Assembly (NCBI GenBank): GCA_965208325.1 | Contig: OZ242326.1 | Span: 1,344,001 to 1,408,000 of the forward strand | Source of the DNA: Candidatus Poribacteria bacterium | GTDB lineage: Bacteria; Poribacteria; WGA-4E; PCPOR2b | Direction: 5' to 3' | DNA length: 64,000 nt | Part shown: piece by piece, positions 1 through 10,130 of the stretch | How the letters are laid out: every line of letters starts with the position of its first letter | How positions within the stretch are numbered: position 1 is the first letter of the stretch | Translations under genes and position numbers: made by a program | Notes under the pieces: model-generated | Told to the model about the DNA's origin: nothing | What the model saw: the letters and a program-made list of their open reading frames with translations, nothing else | The model's database searches: none

Positions 1-398
1 GCGTTGGAAAATGTCGGTTTCAGTTCTCCGCTGCTATCCTTGAAACAGTTCCCGCCGGAGTGGTCGAAATGCATGTGTGTGAGAATGACTTTGGTGACAT
101 CCGCCGCTTTTACATCCACGCCTTCAAGGCATTTTACCAGATCGGTCTGTGACCTGTCCAAGTCGTAAAGAGAGGCGAATTTATCGTCGTAAATCGACCC
201 CATGCCCGTGTCGACCAAGATGGTGTCCGCCGCATATCGGATTAGCAGGCAATTTAGCCCAAGTAGAATTCGATTTCGATCGTCTGACGGATTGTCTTTT
301 TCCCATATTACTTTCGGGATGATGCCGAACATGGCGCCGCCATCCAAACGAAATGTGCCGGCGTTAATAACAGACAACTCAAATTCACCAAACTTCAT
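1..398 (-). CDS. MBL-fold metallo-hydrolase (YtnP-like), runs off the window edge
   Basis: Manual translation from ATG at 398 gives MKFGEFELSVINAGTFRLDGGAMFGIIPK...LVDTG...ILTHMHFDHSGG, with an HxHxDH motif. Not in the ORF track. Confidence 0.9.
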   Translation of the reverse strand, partial: MKFGEFELSVINAGTFRLDGGAMFGIIPKVIWEKDNPSDDRNRILLGLNCLLIRYAADTILVDTGMGSIYDDKFASLYDLDRSQTDLVKCLEGVDVKAADVTKVILTHMHFDHSGGNCFKDSSGELKPTFSN

Positions 399-482
399 AA
401 CAAATTCTCAGAGGACAATTTCCAGTACCAAATACGCCGGATACTTATCCATTTCCGGCTGGTAACTCACGTATGTCTCGAC

Positions 483-1682
483 CTAAATCTGATGGATATC
501 CAATTCCGTCAAGGGTACATAATATGGTTTCGGAAGATCGCCGAAAATTGGGCGGAAATATCCGATGCCAGCGCGTGAAATCTGGAGGTTTTCCGTATCG
601 TAAAACCGGAGATCAATATTACGGGGGATGACCTTGCCGGCATCGTCAAATTTTATGATCTCATCTAAAGGGAATAACTTTGGTTGAAGCCCGACTTCGG
701 TGCGGGTAATGGCTGCGACATGGTTGGCTTGCCCTTTGGCAAATGCATCTACCGCTAACCATCCCGCTCTGACGGCGGAATCCCGATCTATCTGTATCGG
801 CGCCCCGCACCGCTGCAGATGTGCGAGAATGAGATGACGAAAGCTTGAAACCGGAATTGCGGGTGAAAGGCGCCTTTTCATGGCGGCGGCGATAAGTTCT
901 GAACAGCCGCCAGGTGTGGTATGGCCGAATGCGTCAATTTCTTCCTGAGAACTAATCATCAATTCGCCCTTCCGGTTTCTAATCCCTTCGGCAATTACTA
1001 CGACAACGTTGCCTTTCTCCGCATACTTTTTTTCGATTGCCGCGGCAAGCCGATCAGCGTCGTAACGCACCTCTGGAACGACAATCAGATCTGCGTTTCC
1101 ATAAGCGGCTGAAAGCGTTAGCCAACCCGCATCGCGCCCCATGGTTTCAACAAAGAAAATTCTGTCATGCGAATATGCAGTTGTGCGTAGATCGCGTACA
1201 CAATTTATTAGGCGGCTGGCGGCTGTCGGGAATCCGAGGCAGAAGTAGTTGACAATCTGCGAATAATCGATAGAGTCCCCGTTGGGTGCATTAAGGCCGA
1301 CATCGTTATCTATGGTTTTTGCGACGAATGTCGTCGTGAAAATCTCCGACAGCGCAGCACCAATGCTTAACGTATCATCGCCGCCGATTGGGATAAGTCC
1401 ATCAATGCGAAATTTTCGGAGATTGTCGATAGCCTCATCCATTTTGTTTTCGGCGATGAGATTGGTACGCGAACTTTTGAGCAGCGTGCCGCCTTGGTTT
1501 TCGTCAATTAAATCGGGAGTGAGCGTAAAATAAGATCCGCCATTGAGAACACCGCGCCATCCCTTCATAAACCCGATTAATTCAAAACCGAGTTCTTCTG
1601 CCTTGAGCGCCACGCCTTCAAGTGTAGCGTTCAGCGCACTCGTATCTCCACCGCCAGTTAAAACACCAATGCGCTTAGCCAT
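483..1682 (-). CDS. 6-phosphofructokinase family, probably PPi-dependent
   Basis: GGGD, GGDDT, KTIDND and ETMGRDAGW motifs. Confidence 0.9.
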   Translation of the reverse strand: MAKRIGVLTGGGDTSALNATLEGVALKAEELGFELIGFMKGWRGVLNGGSYFTLTPDLIDENQGGTLLKSSRTNLIAENKMDEAIDNLRKFRIDGLIPIGGDDTLSIGAALSEIFTTTFVAKTIDNDVGLNAPNGDSIDYSQIVNYFCLGFPTAASRLINCVRDLRTTAYSHDRIFFVETMGRDAGWLTLSAAYGNADLIVVPEVRYDADRLAAAIEKKYAEKGNVVVVIAEGIRNRKGELMISSQEEIDAFGHTTPGGCSELIAAAMKRRLSPAIPVSSFRHLILAHLQRCGAPIQIDRDSAVRAGWLAVDAFAKGQANHVAAITRTEVGLQPKLFPLDEIIKFDDAGKVIPRNIDLRFYDTENLQISRAGIGYFRPIFGDLPKPYYVPLTELDIHQI

Positions 1683-1726
1683 TTTAACTCCTTTACATGG
1701 TATATCCCAAACACACGATATCCCGC

Positions 1727-2221
1727 TTACCAGAAATACTGCTCTGTTTTCTCTCGTTTTACGTGGTAAACGCGGCTAATCTCAGCAATGCCGCCGAGAC
1801 AGTACTTTTCGGGAGCGCTCGGATGGTTTGCCGGGATACAAACTTTGTAGGAATCGGCGCGTAGTTGATAAACGCCGCCCCAAGGCGTCTCGGGGAGGGA
1901 TTCAAGCAAACTCGCGCGCCAACCCTCAATCCCCGGATCAGCGATAAGGTCGTCCAATGCCTTGGGGTATTCATTGGTATGTCTGTGGTACTTTTGGATG
2001 GCGATCGAAATCTCTTCGACATGCCCGTCCGCTTGGCTGACTTTGCGGTATTGCAGCCACGGGGGCAGGGCGAGCGCCGCGATGAGCAATGTTAACCCGA
2101 TTAAGATGAGCAACTGAACGCGCGTCATTCCCGTTGCGTCAATATCATGAAATGATTTAAAGGTATCGGAGTTGGCATCATTGGCCGAATTCGGTATTTT
2201 AAAGAAGGTTTTGTAAGGCAT
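1727..2221 (-). CDS. GspG-like pseudopilin
   Basis: Prepilin-like G|MTRVQLLILIG hydrophobic helix, YHRHTNEYP...LDDL...PGIEGW and TPWGG, resembling GspG DPWG. Confidence 0.7.
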   Translation of the reverse strand: MPYKTFFKIPNSANDANSDTFKSFHDIDATGMTRVQLLILIGLTLLIAALALPPWLQYRKVSQADGHVEEISIAIQKYHRHTNEYPKALDDLIADPGIEGWRASLLESLPETPWGGVYQLRADSYKVCIPANHPSAPEKYCLGGIAEISRVYHVKREKTEQYFW

Positions 2222-2304
2222 ATGAACTTCTAGTGATTTTCAACGGTATTTATTGTACATGGCAAATTGAAATTCTGCTTCAACGCAATCTATTCAGTTA
2301 ACGC

Positions 2305-2730
2305 CTATCTTGTGACAATCAGATAAACGCCGCACCAGACGAGAAACATGCCAACGACGTATCGGACGGTGAGCGGTTCGCCAAGCAGCACTAAACCAGC
2401 TAAACTCGCTAACACCAACCCTCCAAGCCGAATAACCGGCGCGCCCACAGAAATTGGCGCCCCTGCGCTGAACGTGGCGTATAGCCCCAAGGTAACGGCG
2501 CTAAATGCGACGCCCACGCCCAAAGCCGCCAAGACACCTGATGTTTGAGCGTGTTGCGGTACGCCGCGAGCCCACTGCCACGCAACCCAGACTATCCCCG
2601 TGAGGAAAGTACAACTCCCGTACAGCAACAATCCTAAGCTATTCGAAAGTCTGCCTGCCGCGAGTTTTACGAAAAAGTCAGCGCTTGCCAGCGCCAAAGC
2701 GGTAATGAGTGCATAGTGGATCCAGCCCAT
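2305..2730 (-). CDS. EamA/DMT family small transporter
   Basis: Hydrophobic helices and C-terminal LLGEPLT...GMFLVWCGV. Start set at MGWIHY. Confidence 0.8.
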   Translation of the reverse strand: MGWIHYALITALALASADFFVKLAAGRLSNSLGLLLYGSCTFLTGIVWVAWQWARGVPQHAQTSGVLAALGVGVAFSAVTLGLYATFSAGAPISVGAPVIRLGGLVLASLAGLVLLGEPLTVRYVVGMFLVWCGVYLIVTR

Positions 2731-2814
2731 GATTTGAGCGCATCTCCAAATTTCTCGGTCTGCTCTAGTTTGGGTGCCGGAGAGGTTGACAATCATGTAC
2801 TATAGCACCCAAAT

Positions 2815-3579
2815 TTACCATGCTCCAATACCGCCGAGCAGCAGCTTGCGTACTGACGAACCTTCTTCACGCAATCGCGCCACACGAGGACCGCCAAAGG
2901 GTTCGCGTGACTTCATCCAAGCGTTTTGATAGCACATTAGACAGACGCGGCGCCTTTCCGATGATTTGTTCTCCGCACCCCGGTGCCAAGTCCATCCGTC
3001 AAACATCACCGCTTGACCGGGTTTTGCGAGCACAAATTTCTCGTCAGGCAACTGCACACTTCCACCTGGCGGCCGAAATGGCGCCCTGTTGCTCCCGGGC
3101 ACAATAACGATTGGACCGTTATCCATGGTGATTTCGTCGAGATAGTATCCGCAGTTGATATGGCCCGGCGGCTGGCTACCGTACGGTGCTAAAGCGGGCT
3201 CCATGGGCCATGGATTGTCACGATGCCAATTCTGGTCGGGGGCACCGGGATCGGTCACTCTTCCGGTTGCACTGTGAAGTTGAACGCAACTCCCCAATAG
3301 TGCGCGCATGCGGTTGAAAACGGGCGGGTTATCAAGCAGAAAACTAAAACGATCGTCCTCTTCCAGAAGCTCGCCAATGAACTGATCTTGGCGGCGTTCA
3401 AAACTTTCGTCTAGGGCTAGGCGCAACGACTCGACCTGTTCCATGGAGATTGCGTTTTCCACGATGAGGTAGCCCCAATTCAGGAAAAAAGCAACATCGC
3501 GTTCCAGACTCGGATCCGCGTCACGGTGGCTCTCGTGAATTTCCCACTGATCCGGGATAATTGAGCGATTATCGGCCAA
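2815..3579 (-). CDS. Phytanoyl-CoA dioxygenase (PhyH) family Fe/2OG oxygenase
   Basis: GYLIVENA, WHRD, NGPIVIVPGS and WHRG motifs. TTG start follows GGAGG. Confidence 0.9.
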   Translation of the reverse strand: MADNRSIIPDQWEIHESHRDADPSLERDVAFFLNWGYLIVENAISMEQVESLRLALDESFERRQDQFIGELLEEDDRFSFLLDNPPVFNRMRALLGSCVQLHSATGRVTDPGAPDQNWHRDNPWPMEPALAPYGSQPPGHINCGYYLDEITMDNGPIVIVPGSNRAPFRPPGGSVQLPDEKFVLAKPGQAVMFDGWTWHRGAENKSSERRRVCLMCYQNAWMKSREPFGGPRVARLREEGSSVRKLLLGGIGAW

Positions 3580-3707
3580 AACACCACCCTCCAAATATTC
3601 TGATTGAAGCGCTGAACCGCCGCTTCAAATGGCAACAGGGACTACTGGTTTCCGGCGGGGCAACTGGGAAACTATTAGCGGATAGCCGTTCGATAAAATC
3701 GAACACC

Positions 3708-4661
3708 TCAACTCTGCCTGACCAGTTTCTGGAGCGAACGCAATTCTCTCGGAGGATCCATGCGGCTGCCGTAGTCGCTCCAAGACACCTCAGCGACGTA
3801 GATGTCTCCTTTAGAGTCGGCGGCAATGCCGTGAGGCGAATAAAACCTGCCCGGCTCATCGCCGTAGGAAAGGTCGCCCACCCTTGCCAGAACGTTCCCT
3901 TTGAGGTCTAGCACAGAGACTCGAGGTCCAAGGCGCTTTCCGGCGACGTTTGTTTGGATACCCCCATAGTATTCGCCGACGTAGACTAACTGGTCGCTCC
4001 GATGGTCTACATGAATGCAGGCTGCCCTCGACAAGTTGACCCACTGCGCCTCATACTTCCCGTTGGAATCAAACACTTGGATTCGGTGGTTTTCGCGATC
4101 AGCAACGTAGACCCAGCCCTCTTTGTCCGTCACGATGTTATGCACAATATTGAACTGGCCCGGATCGGTACCGGACTCACCCCAGGAAAACAGCAGGCGT
4201 CCGTCGGGCGAAAATTTGTGAACGCGGGCATTTGCATACCCATCGGCAACATACAGGTCGCCGGTTTGGGAATCTACAGCGAGGTGCGTCGGTTCGTTGA
4301 AGGGGATGCCGCTCATCGCCGGGGAGTGCTGGTTTTCAGCACCGAGGGTCATCAGGAGTTTTCCGTCGGGTGTAAATTTTCGAACGGTATGATCGAAGTT
4401 GTCCACGCAATAAACCGAATCGTCGGGCCCTATGGTGACACCGTGCGGATTAGTGAAAATTCCGTCTCCCCAAGTTCGCACCACATTTCCACCTGGATCG
4501 AAGACAATCATCGGGTGCGTCCCCCGGTTAAACACATAGACGTTGTCCTTCGAGTCCACAGCGACAGCCGTGGCTTCTTTGTACGTCCAATCCTCCGGCA
4601 TATTGCCCCAGTTTTTGCCTGAGACTTCGTACGTAAAACTCCCGCTACCCAAACTGACCAT
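3708..4661 (-). CDS. NHL-repeat beta-propeller (PAL-like lyase family)
   Basis: Repeated NHL units (PHGVTIGPDDSVY, YVADGYANARVHKF, YVADRENHRIQVFD). GGAGG RBS. Confidence 0.9.
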   Translation of the reverse strand: MVSLGSGSFTYEVSGKNWGNMPEDWTYKEATAVAVDSKDNVYVFNRGTHPMIVFDPGGNVVRTWGDGIFTNPHGVTIGPDDSVYCVDNFDHTVRKFTPDGKLLMTLGAENQHSPAMSGIPFNEPTHLAVDSQTGDLYVADGYANARVHKFSPDGRLLFSWGESGTDPGQFNIVHNIVTDKEGWVYVADRENHRIQVFDSNGKYEAQWVNLSRAACIHVDHRSDQLVYVGEYYGGIQTNVAGKRLGPRVSVLDLKGNVLARVGDLSYGDEPGRFYSPHGIAADSKGDIYVAEVSWSDYGSRMDPPRELRSLQKLVRQS

Positions 4662-4747
4662 ATGTTACCTCCGCGATGAAGAATGCTTCGATTATTTTAC
4701 AGCGTGCCACCGCTTGTGAGTCCTAAATTTGTGCTATTTTTCCGACC

Positions 4748-6076
4748 TTAGCCGACGAGCCATATATACCGCGCTACAAAAAGCACTGCGAACAGATAAA
4801 TCAGCCAGTGCACCTGCCGACCACGGCCGCTGACGAGTTTTAACAACGCATGCGAGATAAACCCGAATGCAATGCCTTCCGTGATGCTTATGGTTAGGGG
4901 CATCATCAACAGTGTCAGAAAGGCGGGGATGGATTCGGTGAAATCGTCCCAATCTATAGACACCACATTCTTCAGCATCAGACATCCGATGATAATTAGC
5001 GCCGGCGCGACCACCGGATACAGAATTGTATTTTCTCCAATTGCGTGTCCAGCCCCTACCATCTTTATTAGCGGGTTGAAAAACAGCGCGAACAGCATTA
5101 GAATTGCAGTAACGACGTTGGTTAAGCCGGTTCGTCCGCCGGCTGAAATCCCTGACGCACTCTCAATATAACTGGTGACGGTAGATGTACCGAGAAGCGC
5201 ACCGGTGCTGGTGGCGACCGCATCGGAAAACAGGGCGCGCCGCGCCCTCGGCAGCTTTCCATCAACCATTAAACCGGCTTGCTCGCCGACGCCGACCAGC
5301 GTTCCGACGGTATCGAAGAGATCCAAGAAGATAAAGATGAAGATTATAGCTATAAGCTCAGGATTCACGAAAATGTTGGGAATCTGGAGCTTGAAGAAGG
5401 TCGGCGCAATTGAAGGCGGTGCCGAAACAACGCCCTCGAACTTCACCTGCCCCGCAATGAGCCCGACAACAGACGTAGCCAGAATACCTATCAAGATAGC
5501 GCCGCCGACATTGCGAGCGAATAGAATCGCAACCACGACTAGTCCGAACAGCGACAACATCACGGGCGCCGATTTCAGGTTTCCGAGCGTGACATAGGTC
5601 GCCGGGTGGTCGACGATAAGCCCTGCCCACTCCAAACCCACAAGTGCAATCAATAACCCAATCCCAGCGGGAATGGCGTTCCTTAACGAAACCGGCAGAA
5701 CCCCCATCACCTTTTCGCGCAACCCGACAAAGGAGAGCAGGACAAACAACGCTCCCGCAATGAAAACTGCGCCGAGCGCTTGTTGCCACGCCACACCGAG
5801 CGTAAGACAAACCGTGTAGGTGAAATAGAAGTTATGTCCCATGCCCGGTGCGAGCGCAATGGGATAGTTGGCGAGGAATGCCATCAATAGCATCGCCAGC
5901 GCGCTGGTAATGCACGTCGCCGCCATCACGGCGCCGGAATCCATTCCCGCGGCTGAAAGCACTGCGGGTTGGACGAAAATAATGTACGAAAGTGTCATGA
6001 ACGTCGTACAGCCCGCAACAATTTCGCGTTTGACAGTCGTCCCGGATTCTTGTAACCGAAACAATCTTTCAAGCAT
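4748..6076 (-). CDS. NCS2/AzgA family purine permease
   Basis: REIVAGCTTFMTLSYI, APGMG, DTVGT and YIESASGI...GGRTG motifs. Confidence 0.93.
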   Translation of the reverse strand: MLERLFRLQESGTTVKREIVAGCTTFMTLSYIIFVQPAVLSAAGMDSGAVMAATCITSALAMLLMAFLANYPIALAPGMGHNFYFTYTVCLTLGVAWQQALGAVFIAGALFVLLSFVGLREKVMGVLPVSLRNAIPAGIGLLIALVGLEWAGLIVDHPATYVTLGNLKSAPVMLSLFGLVVVAILFARNVGGAILIGILATSVVGLIAGQVKFEGVVSAPPSIAPTFFKLQIPNIFVNPELIAIIFIFIFLDLFDTVGTLVGVGEQAGLMVDGKLPRARRALFSDAVATSTGALLGTSTVTSYIESASGISAGGRTGLTNVVTAILMLFALFFNPLIKMVGAGHAIGENTILYPVVAPALIIIGCLMLKNVVSIDWDDFTESIPAFLTLLMMPLTISITEGIAFGFISHALLKLVSGRGRQVHWLIYLFAVLFVARYIWLVG

Positions 6077-6751
6077 GCATCACCTTTTTAAATAGAATTC
6101 ATCTGACAGTGTAGAAATCTCCAAAATAGATTCGTTTTGAATTCCCTAAATTGTATTCGATTAAAATTTAGATTGCAAGCGTTAATTTACAGGTGTAAAT
6201 CCGGTAAAAAAACACGGTGACTGTAGGTCGGGTACATAGGTGTTTCTAAGCGGAGAAAACCACGGCACAAAAGCTACGGGATGTCTATGATTTCATTTGA
6301 TGATTGAGGATGGCAACGAAACGGAAATTGGCGATTTACCGGTGATCCGGTGTTGGTGGTTACCTTTTATGGAATTGCACCGGCCCGCTTGTGGTGCGGG
6401 TTCATTGAAATCGTAAGGTAACCAAAAGGTAACCAAGAAAAAAGATCTTTACGTCTTTCGATCGGATTGTTATGCTAATCATTTAGCAGTCATTATAGTA
6501 GAGATTTACGACTTTCACAGGCGGTGAATCGAATACAATGTTAAGGCAATCGAGAGGCGAACAGGTGAAGCATTTCACGGAAAAAGCTGGAGTTCAGGGA
6601 TTTTCAATTTATTGGTTTTTGGGTATGATTAAGCGTGCGAGTAGGGAACGATCAACCTAACGAATGGTGAGGGCGAAATCGTTCGCTCGCGATAGTTTTG
6701 GTGTCCGTGAAGACCAATTACAAATAATTTGTGCCAAGCAGACTTTTTTGT

Positions 6752-6780
6752 TTGACATTCGGCATTAGGTTGCGTATAAT
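6752..6780 (+). promoter_or_regulatory. Perfect-consensus sigma70 promoter
   Basis: TTGACA (6752-6757), 17 bp spacer, TATAAT (6775-6780). Confidence 0.8.
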
Positions 6781-6820
6781 AATTGAACAATTCAAATATG
6801 CGAGGGAGCGGCATCCGCGG

Positions 6821-6858
6821 GGGAGCGACATCCGCGAGGTGTCTCTCCCTTTTTTTTT
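6821..6858 (+). terminator. Intrinsic terminator in the leader of ORF 6885
   Basis: GGGAGCGACATC-CGCGA-GGTGTCTCTCCC stem followed by T9. Confidence 0.75.
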
Positions 6859-6884
6859 GCTGTTAAAATTAGGAGGGTAAAGCA

Positions 6885-7319
6885 ATGGAAAATGGACGAT
6901 TGCCGGGGGAGACGGTGCTGGCGTACACCTATTTTGAGATGTATCGTGATGCGGGGGATGAGCGCTCGTTAGATGCGCTGAGCGGCCAAGAGGTAACCGG
7001 GAAAAGAAGGTCGGTTTCGATGATTAAGAAGTGGTCGGTGCAATATGATTGGGGCGATCGCGTTGCGGCATTCGATGCATCGGTAGCACGGCGCGCTGCA
7101 GACGCATTATTAAGGCGCCGGGCGTCTGAAATCGAAGCGTTTATTGAAACGGATATGAAAATTGCGTCGCGGGTTCAGGCGTTGTGCCTCAATCAACTTC
7201 AAGCGCTGGAAACCGAAACGGATATTGGCGAACTACGCCAACTGGTATTAACTTACAGAGAGGCGCGGCTATGGATGATGGAGCTCACGGGCGCGCTAGA
7301 GGAGGACATACAGCAATGA
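6885..7319 (+). CDS. Phage-type HTH protein, terminase small subunit-like
   Basis: GETxxAYxxFxxYRDxGxxRSL...KKWSxxYDWxxRVAAFD pattern typical of phage TerS-like proteins. AGGAGG RBS. Confidence 0.55.
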   Translation: MENGRLPGETVLAYTYFEMYRDAGDERSLDALSGQEVTGKRRSVSMIKKWSVQYDWGDRVAAFDASVARRAADALLRRRASEIEAFIETDMKIASRVQALCLNQLQALETETDIGELRQLVLTYREARLWMMELTGALEEDIQQ

Positions 7320-8311
7320 GAAAGCGAAAGAAGTTTCATGAGGTGCGCTACCCGCAAAAAAGGGTATCGAATGGCCGAAATGCGGATACAGCGCCGTCCG
7401 GAACACCAACAGCGGAAACAAAAGACATCGAAGCCGGGTCAATGCCGCCGTGGGAGGATGCGGACACAACAGCATCCGACGCGGAAGAGTTCCGGACTTT
7501 GAGGATTAATGGTATCAATGCTCCGGACCGCGCCGATGTGATAGAAGTTGAAAACGGAAGGAAGTATTTTGACGGAAGTTGGATTGGACGCAAGATTGAC
7601 GATAATATAATCATCCTGACGGATATTGAGACGGGCTTTTTCAGGGAGTGTGTGGAGGCTGACAAAGGCGGCGGTTGGTATGGTAATTCTAACAGCCTTG
7701 ATTTAGAGAAATATGGGTTGGGGCCGCATGATAGAATTAGAACAGAGCACATTCCGCAGGTCGAGGAGGCGGAACGGGAAGACCTCCTTGTGAGGTTGAT
7801 ATATCGGAAAGCGTATCACCGCGCGACAGCTCACATCGCGGAATTCGGTAAATCCACCGAGATTTTAGTTCAGGAGTGTTGGTTTAAGTGTTATCTCCCC
7901 TGGCCTTGCCTTGAGAGGGACATTCCGCGTTCGGTTGAAGTTGCCAATAATATACTGCAAGAATTAGAACCGGAGGTTAACGAGCAGGTTAAAATAGTGC
8001 AACCTAAAATCAAAGCAGAGATGAAACTCAGGAAGGCGTCCGGGGAATATGACCTCACCGATTTGTTACTTGTACCGGATGGGGTCCCACAATGGACGAT
8101 GCTACCGAAGCCTTCCAACCGCGACGAGTTAAACGAGTTAGAGGCGTTTTATGAAGAAGATCGGGCGGCGGACCGCCGCGTCAAGGAGAAACAGGATGCG
8201 CGTGATCAGGGAAAGATAGGACCGATGGGGTCGTATAGCTTTCATGACGTGTGGGATAGAGAGACTACCTTGGAAGACTTACAGAAACGGGTGGCAGCAA
8301 GAGGATGGTAG
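7316..8311 (+). CDS. Hypothetical protein (331 aa), translationally coupled to 6885-7319
   Basis: ATGA start/stop overlap at 7316-7319, GAGGAGG RBS, long open frame. No family recognised. Confidence 0.7.
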   Translation: MRKRKKFHEVRYPQKRVSNGRNADTAPSGTPTAETKDIEAGSMPPWEDADTTASDAEEFRTLRINGINAPDRADVIEVENGRKYFDGSWIGRKIDDNIIILTDIETGFFRECVEADKGGGWYGNSNSLDLEKYGLGPHDRIRTEHIPQVEEAEREDLLVRLIYRKAYHRATAHIAEFGKSTEILVQECWFKCYLPWPCLERDIPRSVEVANNILQELEPEVNEQVKIVQPKIKAEMKLRKASGEYDLTDLLLVPDGVPQWTMLPKPSNRDELNELEAFYEEDRAADRRVKEKQDARDQGKIGPMGSYSFHDVWDRETTLEDLQKRVAARGW

Positions 8312-8361
8312 GTTTTTGGAGGATGGGCAAAACGGAGAAAATAGTAGATTCGACAAGTGCC

Positions 8362-10079
8362 GAGATTCGGAGATCGCTCCTACGGGAGGTTGGATTCCAG
8401 AATGCCAGCGGTAGGATTTGATGTCTGAACCGGGATTCGTGTGATTAAATGATGGGTTATGATTAAGGGCGCGCATAATTCTTCCGTGTTGGTACGGAAG
8501 GCGATTGGCTGTCGCTGAAGCTGCTGTGGGTTGGGTAGAGCAGATTTATACTAGAATTGCCCAGTCAAAAAATTTCAATGCCAACCTAACCGCATTCAAC
8601 AGTCAACGAGTGTAACGAAACCCGATGCTTTTTAAATATCTAGAGGTTTCAAAAGCGTTGGGTTTCGCTACACCAATATTGTGAAGGTCATCATAGGGAA
8701 TTTGGACAACGATCGGGTAAAGTAACGGTGTTGGCGTTATCCGCTCTACCCAACCTACAAAAACTGAATGCATCGTCGGGAATCGGAATTCCCTCCTCCC
8801 AGACTTCACCTTCCCATTGGAGCGATCTCCGAATCGCAACTCATAACTACGGTAAACCACACCCCTCAATTCCCCTTTATAAATGGCGGTTCATGCCAGA
8901 GTGATTTTACCTGTCGCCCCGCTGGGGCTTGTGAAATTTTTTTTACTCGTGTGCTATACACCTGTCGCGCCGCTGGCGCTTTTGCAACTGGGGTTGGGTT
9001 CACCATGACACGGCAGCTCTCCGGTTGATTTGCGCTGCGAAATCAGCCAAATACCTCAAAAGCGTTGGGTTTCGCTACGCCAATATTGTGAAGGTCATCG
9101 TAGGGAATTTGGACAACGATTGGGCAAAGTGACGGTGTTGGCGTTATCCGCTCTACCCAACCTACAAAAACTACAAGAACTGAATGAATCGTCGGGAATC
9201 GGAATTCCCTCCTACCAGAACTCATCTCCTCGTTGGGACGATCTCCATACCGCTACTCACAACTACGGTATACCACACCCCTCAAATCCCCCTTATAGCG
9301 ATGGATTCATTCCAGAGTGATTTACCTGTCGCCCCGCTGGCGCTTTTGCAACTGGGGTTGGGTTCACCATGACACGGCAGCTCTCCGGTTGATTTGCGCT
9401 GCGAAATCAGCCAAATACCTTAAAAACGTTGGGTTTCGCCATGCCAATATTGTGAAGGTCATCGTAGGGAAATTGGACAACGATTGGGCAAAGTGACGGT
9501 GTTGGCGTTATCCGCTCTACCCAACCTACAAGAGTGGAAGCGGTCGCGATTCGGAGATCGCTCCTACAAGGGATTGAATTCTAGAATGCCGGCGATAGGA
9601 TTTGATGTCTGAACTGTGATTGGTGTGATTAAATGATGGGCTATGATTAAGGGAGCATAAAAGCAGTCGGTGCGAGCGGGGAAGGCGATTGGCTGTCGCT
9701 TAAGCTGCTGTAGGTTGGGTAGAGCGGATTCATACTTGAATTGACCAGTCAAAAAACCTCAATGCCAACCAACCGCATCCAACAGCCAACGAGTGTAACG
9801 AAACCCGACGCTTTTCTAAAATCTAGAGGTTTCAAAAGCGTTGGGTTTCGCTATGCCAATATTGTGAAGATCATCGTAAGGGAATTGGACAACGATTGGG
9901 TGAAGCGACGGTGTTGGCGTTATCCGCTCTACCCAACCTACAAGAGTGGAAGCGGTCGCGATTCGGAGATCGCTCCTACAAGGGATTGAATTCTAGAATG
10001 CCGGCGGTAGGATTGATGTCTGAATTGTGATTCGTGTGATTTAATGATGGGCTATGATTACCTGCTCTACCCAACCTAA
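8362..10079. repeat. Mosaic array of REP/REPIN-like modules
   Basis: A ~104 bp module GTTGGGTTTCG...CCGCTCTACCCAACCTAC at 8655, 9062, 9427 and 9838. Inverted partner at 8526 and 9710. Also GATTCGGAGATCGCTCCTAC, GTCGGGAATCGGAATTCCCTCCT and CCTGTCGCCCCGCTGG repeats. Confidence 0.9.
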
Positions 10080-10130
10080 AAAGACTGCACTCTCGTGAAT
10101 CTAACGCCTGGCTACACGTCCTCTCATCAA

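Noticed and set aside
6077..6350. Purine riboswitch upstream of the NCS2 permease
   Set aside because: No recognisable aptamer motifs by eye. An Rfam/Infernal scan would be decisive.
7184..7315. ORF-track start at 7184
   Set aside because: It overlaps the upstream gene by 135 bp, whereas ATG 7316 has an RBS and ATGA coupling.
8279..10080. Short ORFs or a CRISPR array in the repeat region
   Set aside because: The ORFs are translations of repeated modules in varying frames, and the units are long and recurrent with no unique spacers.
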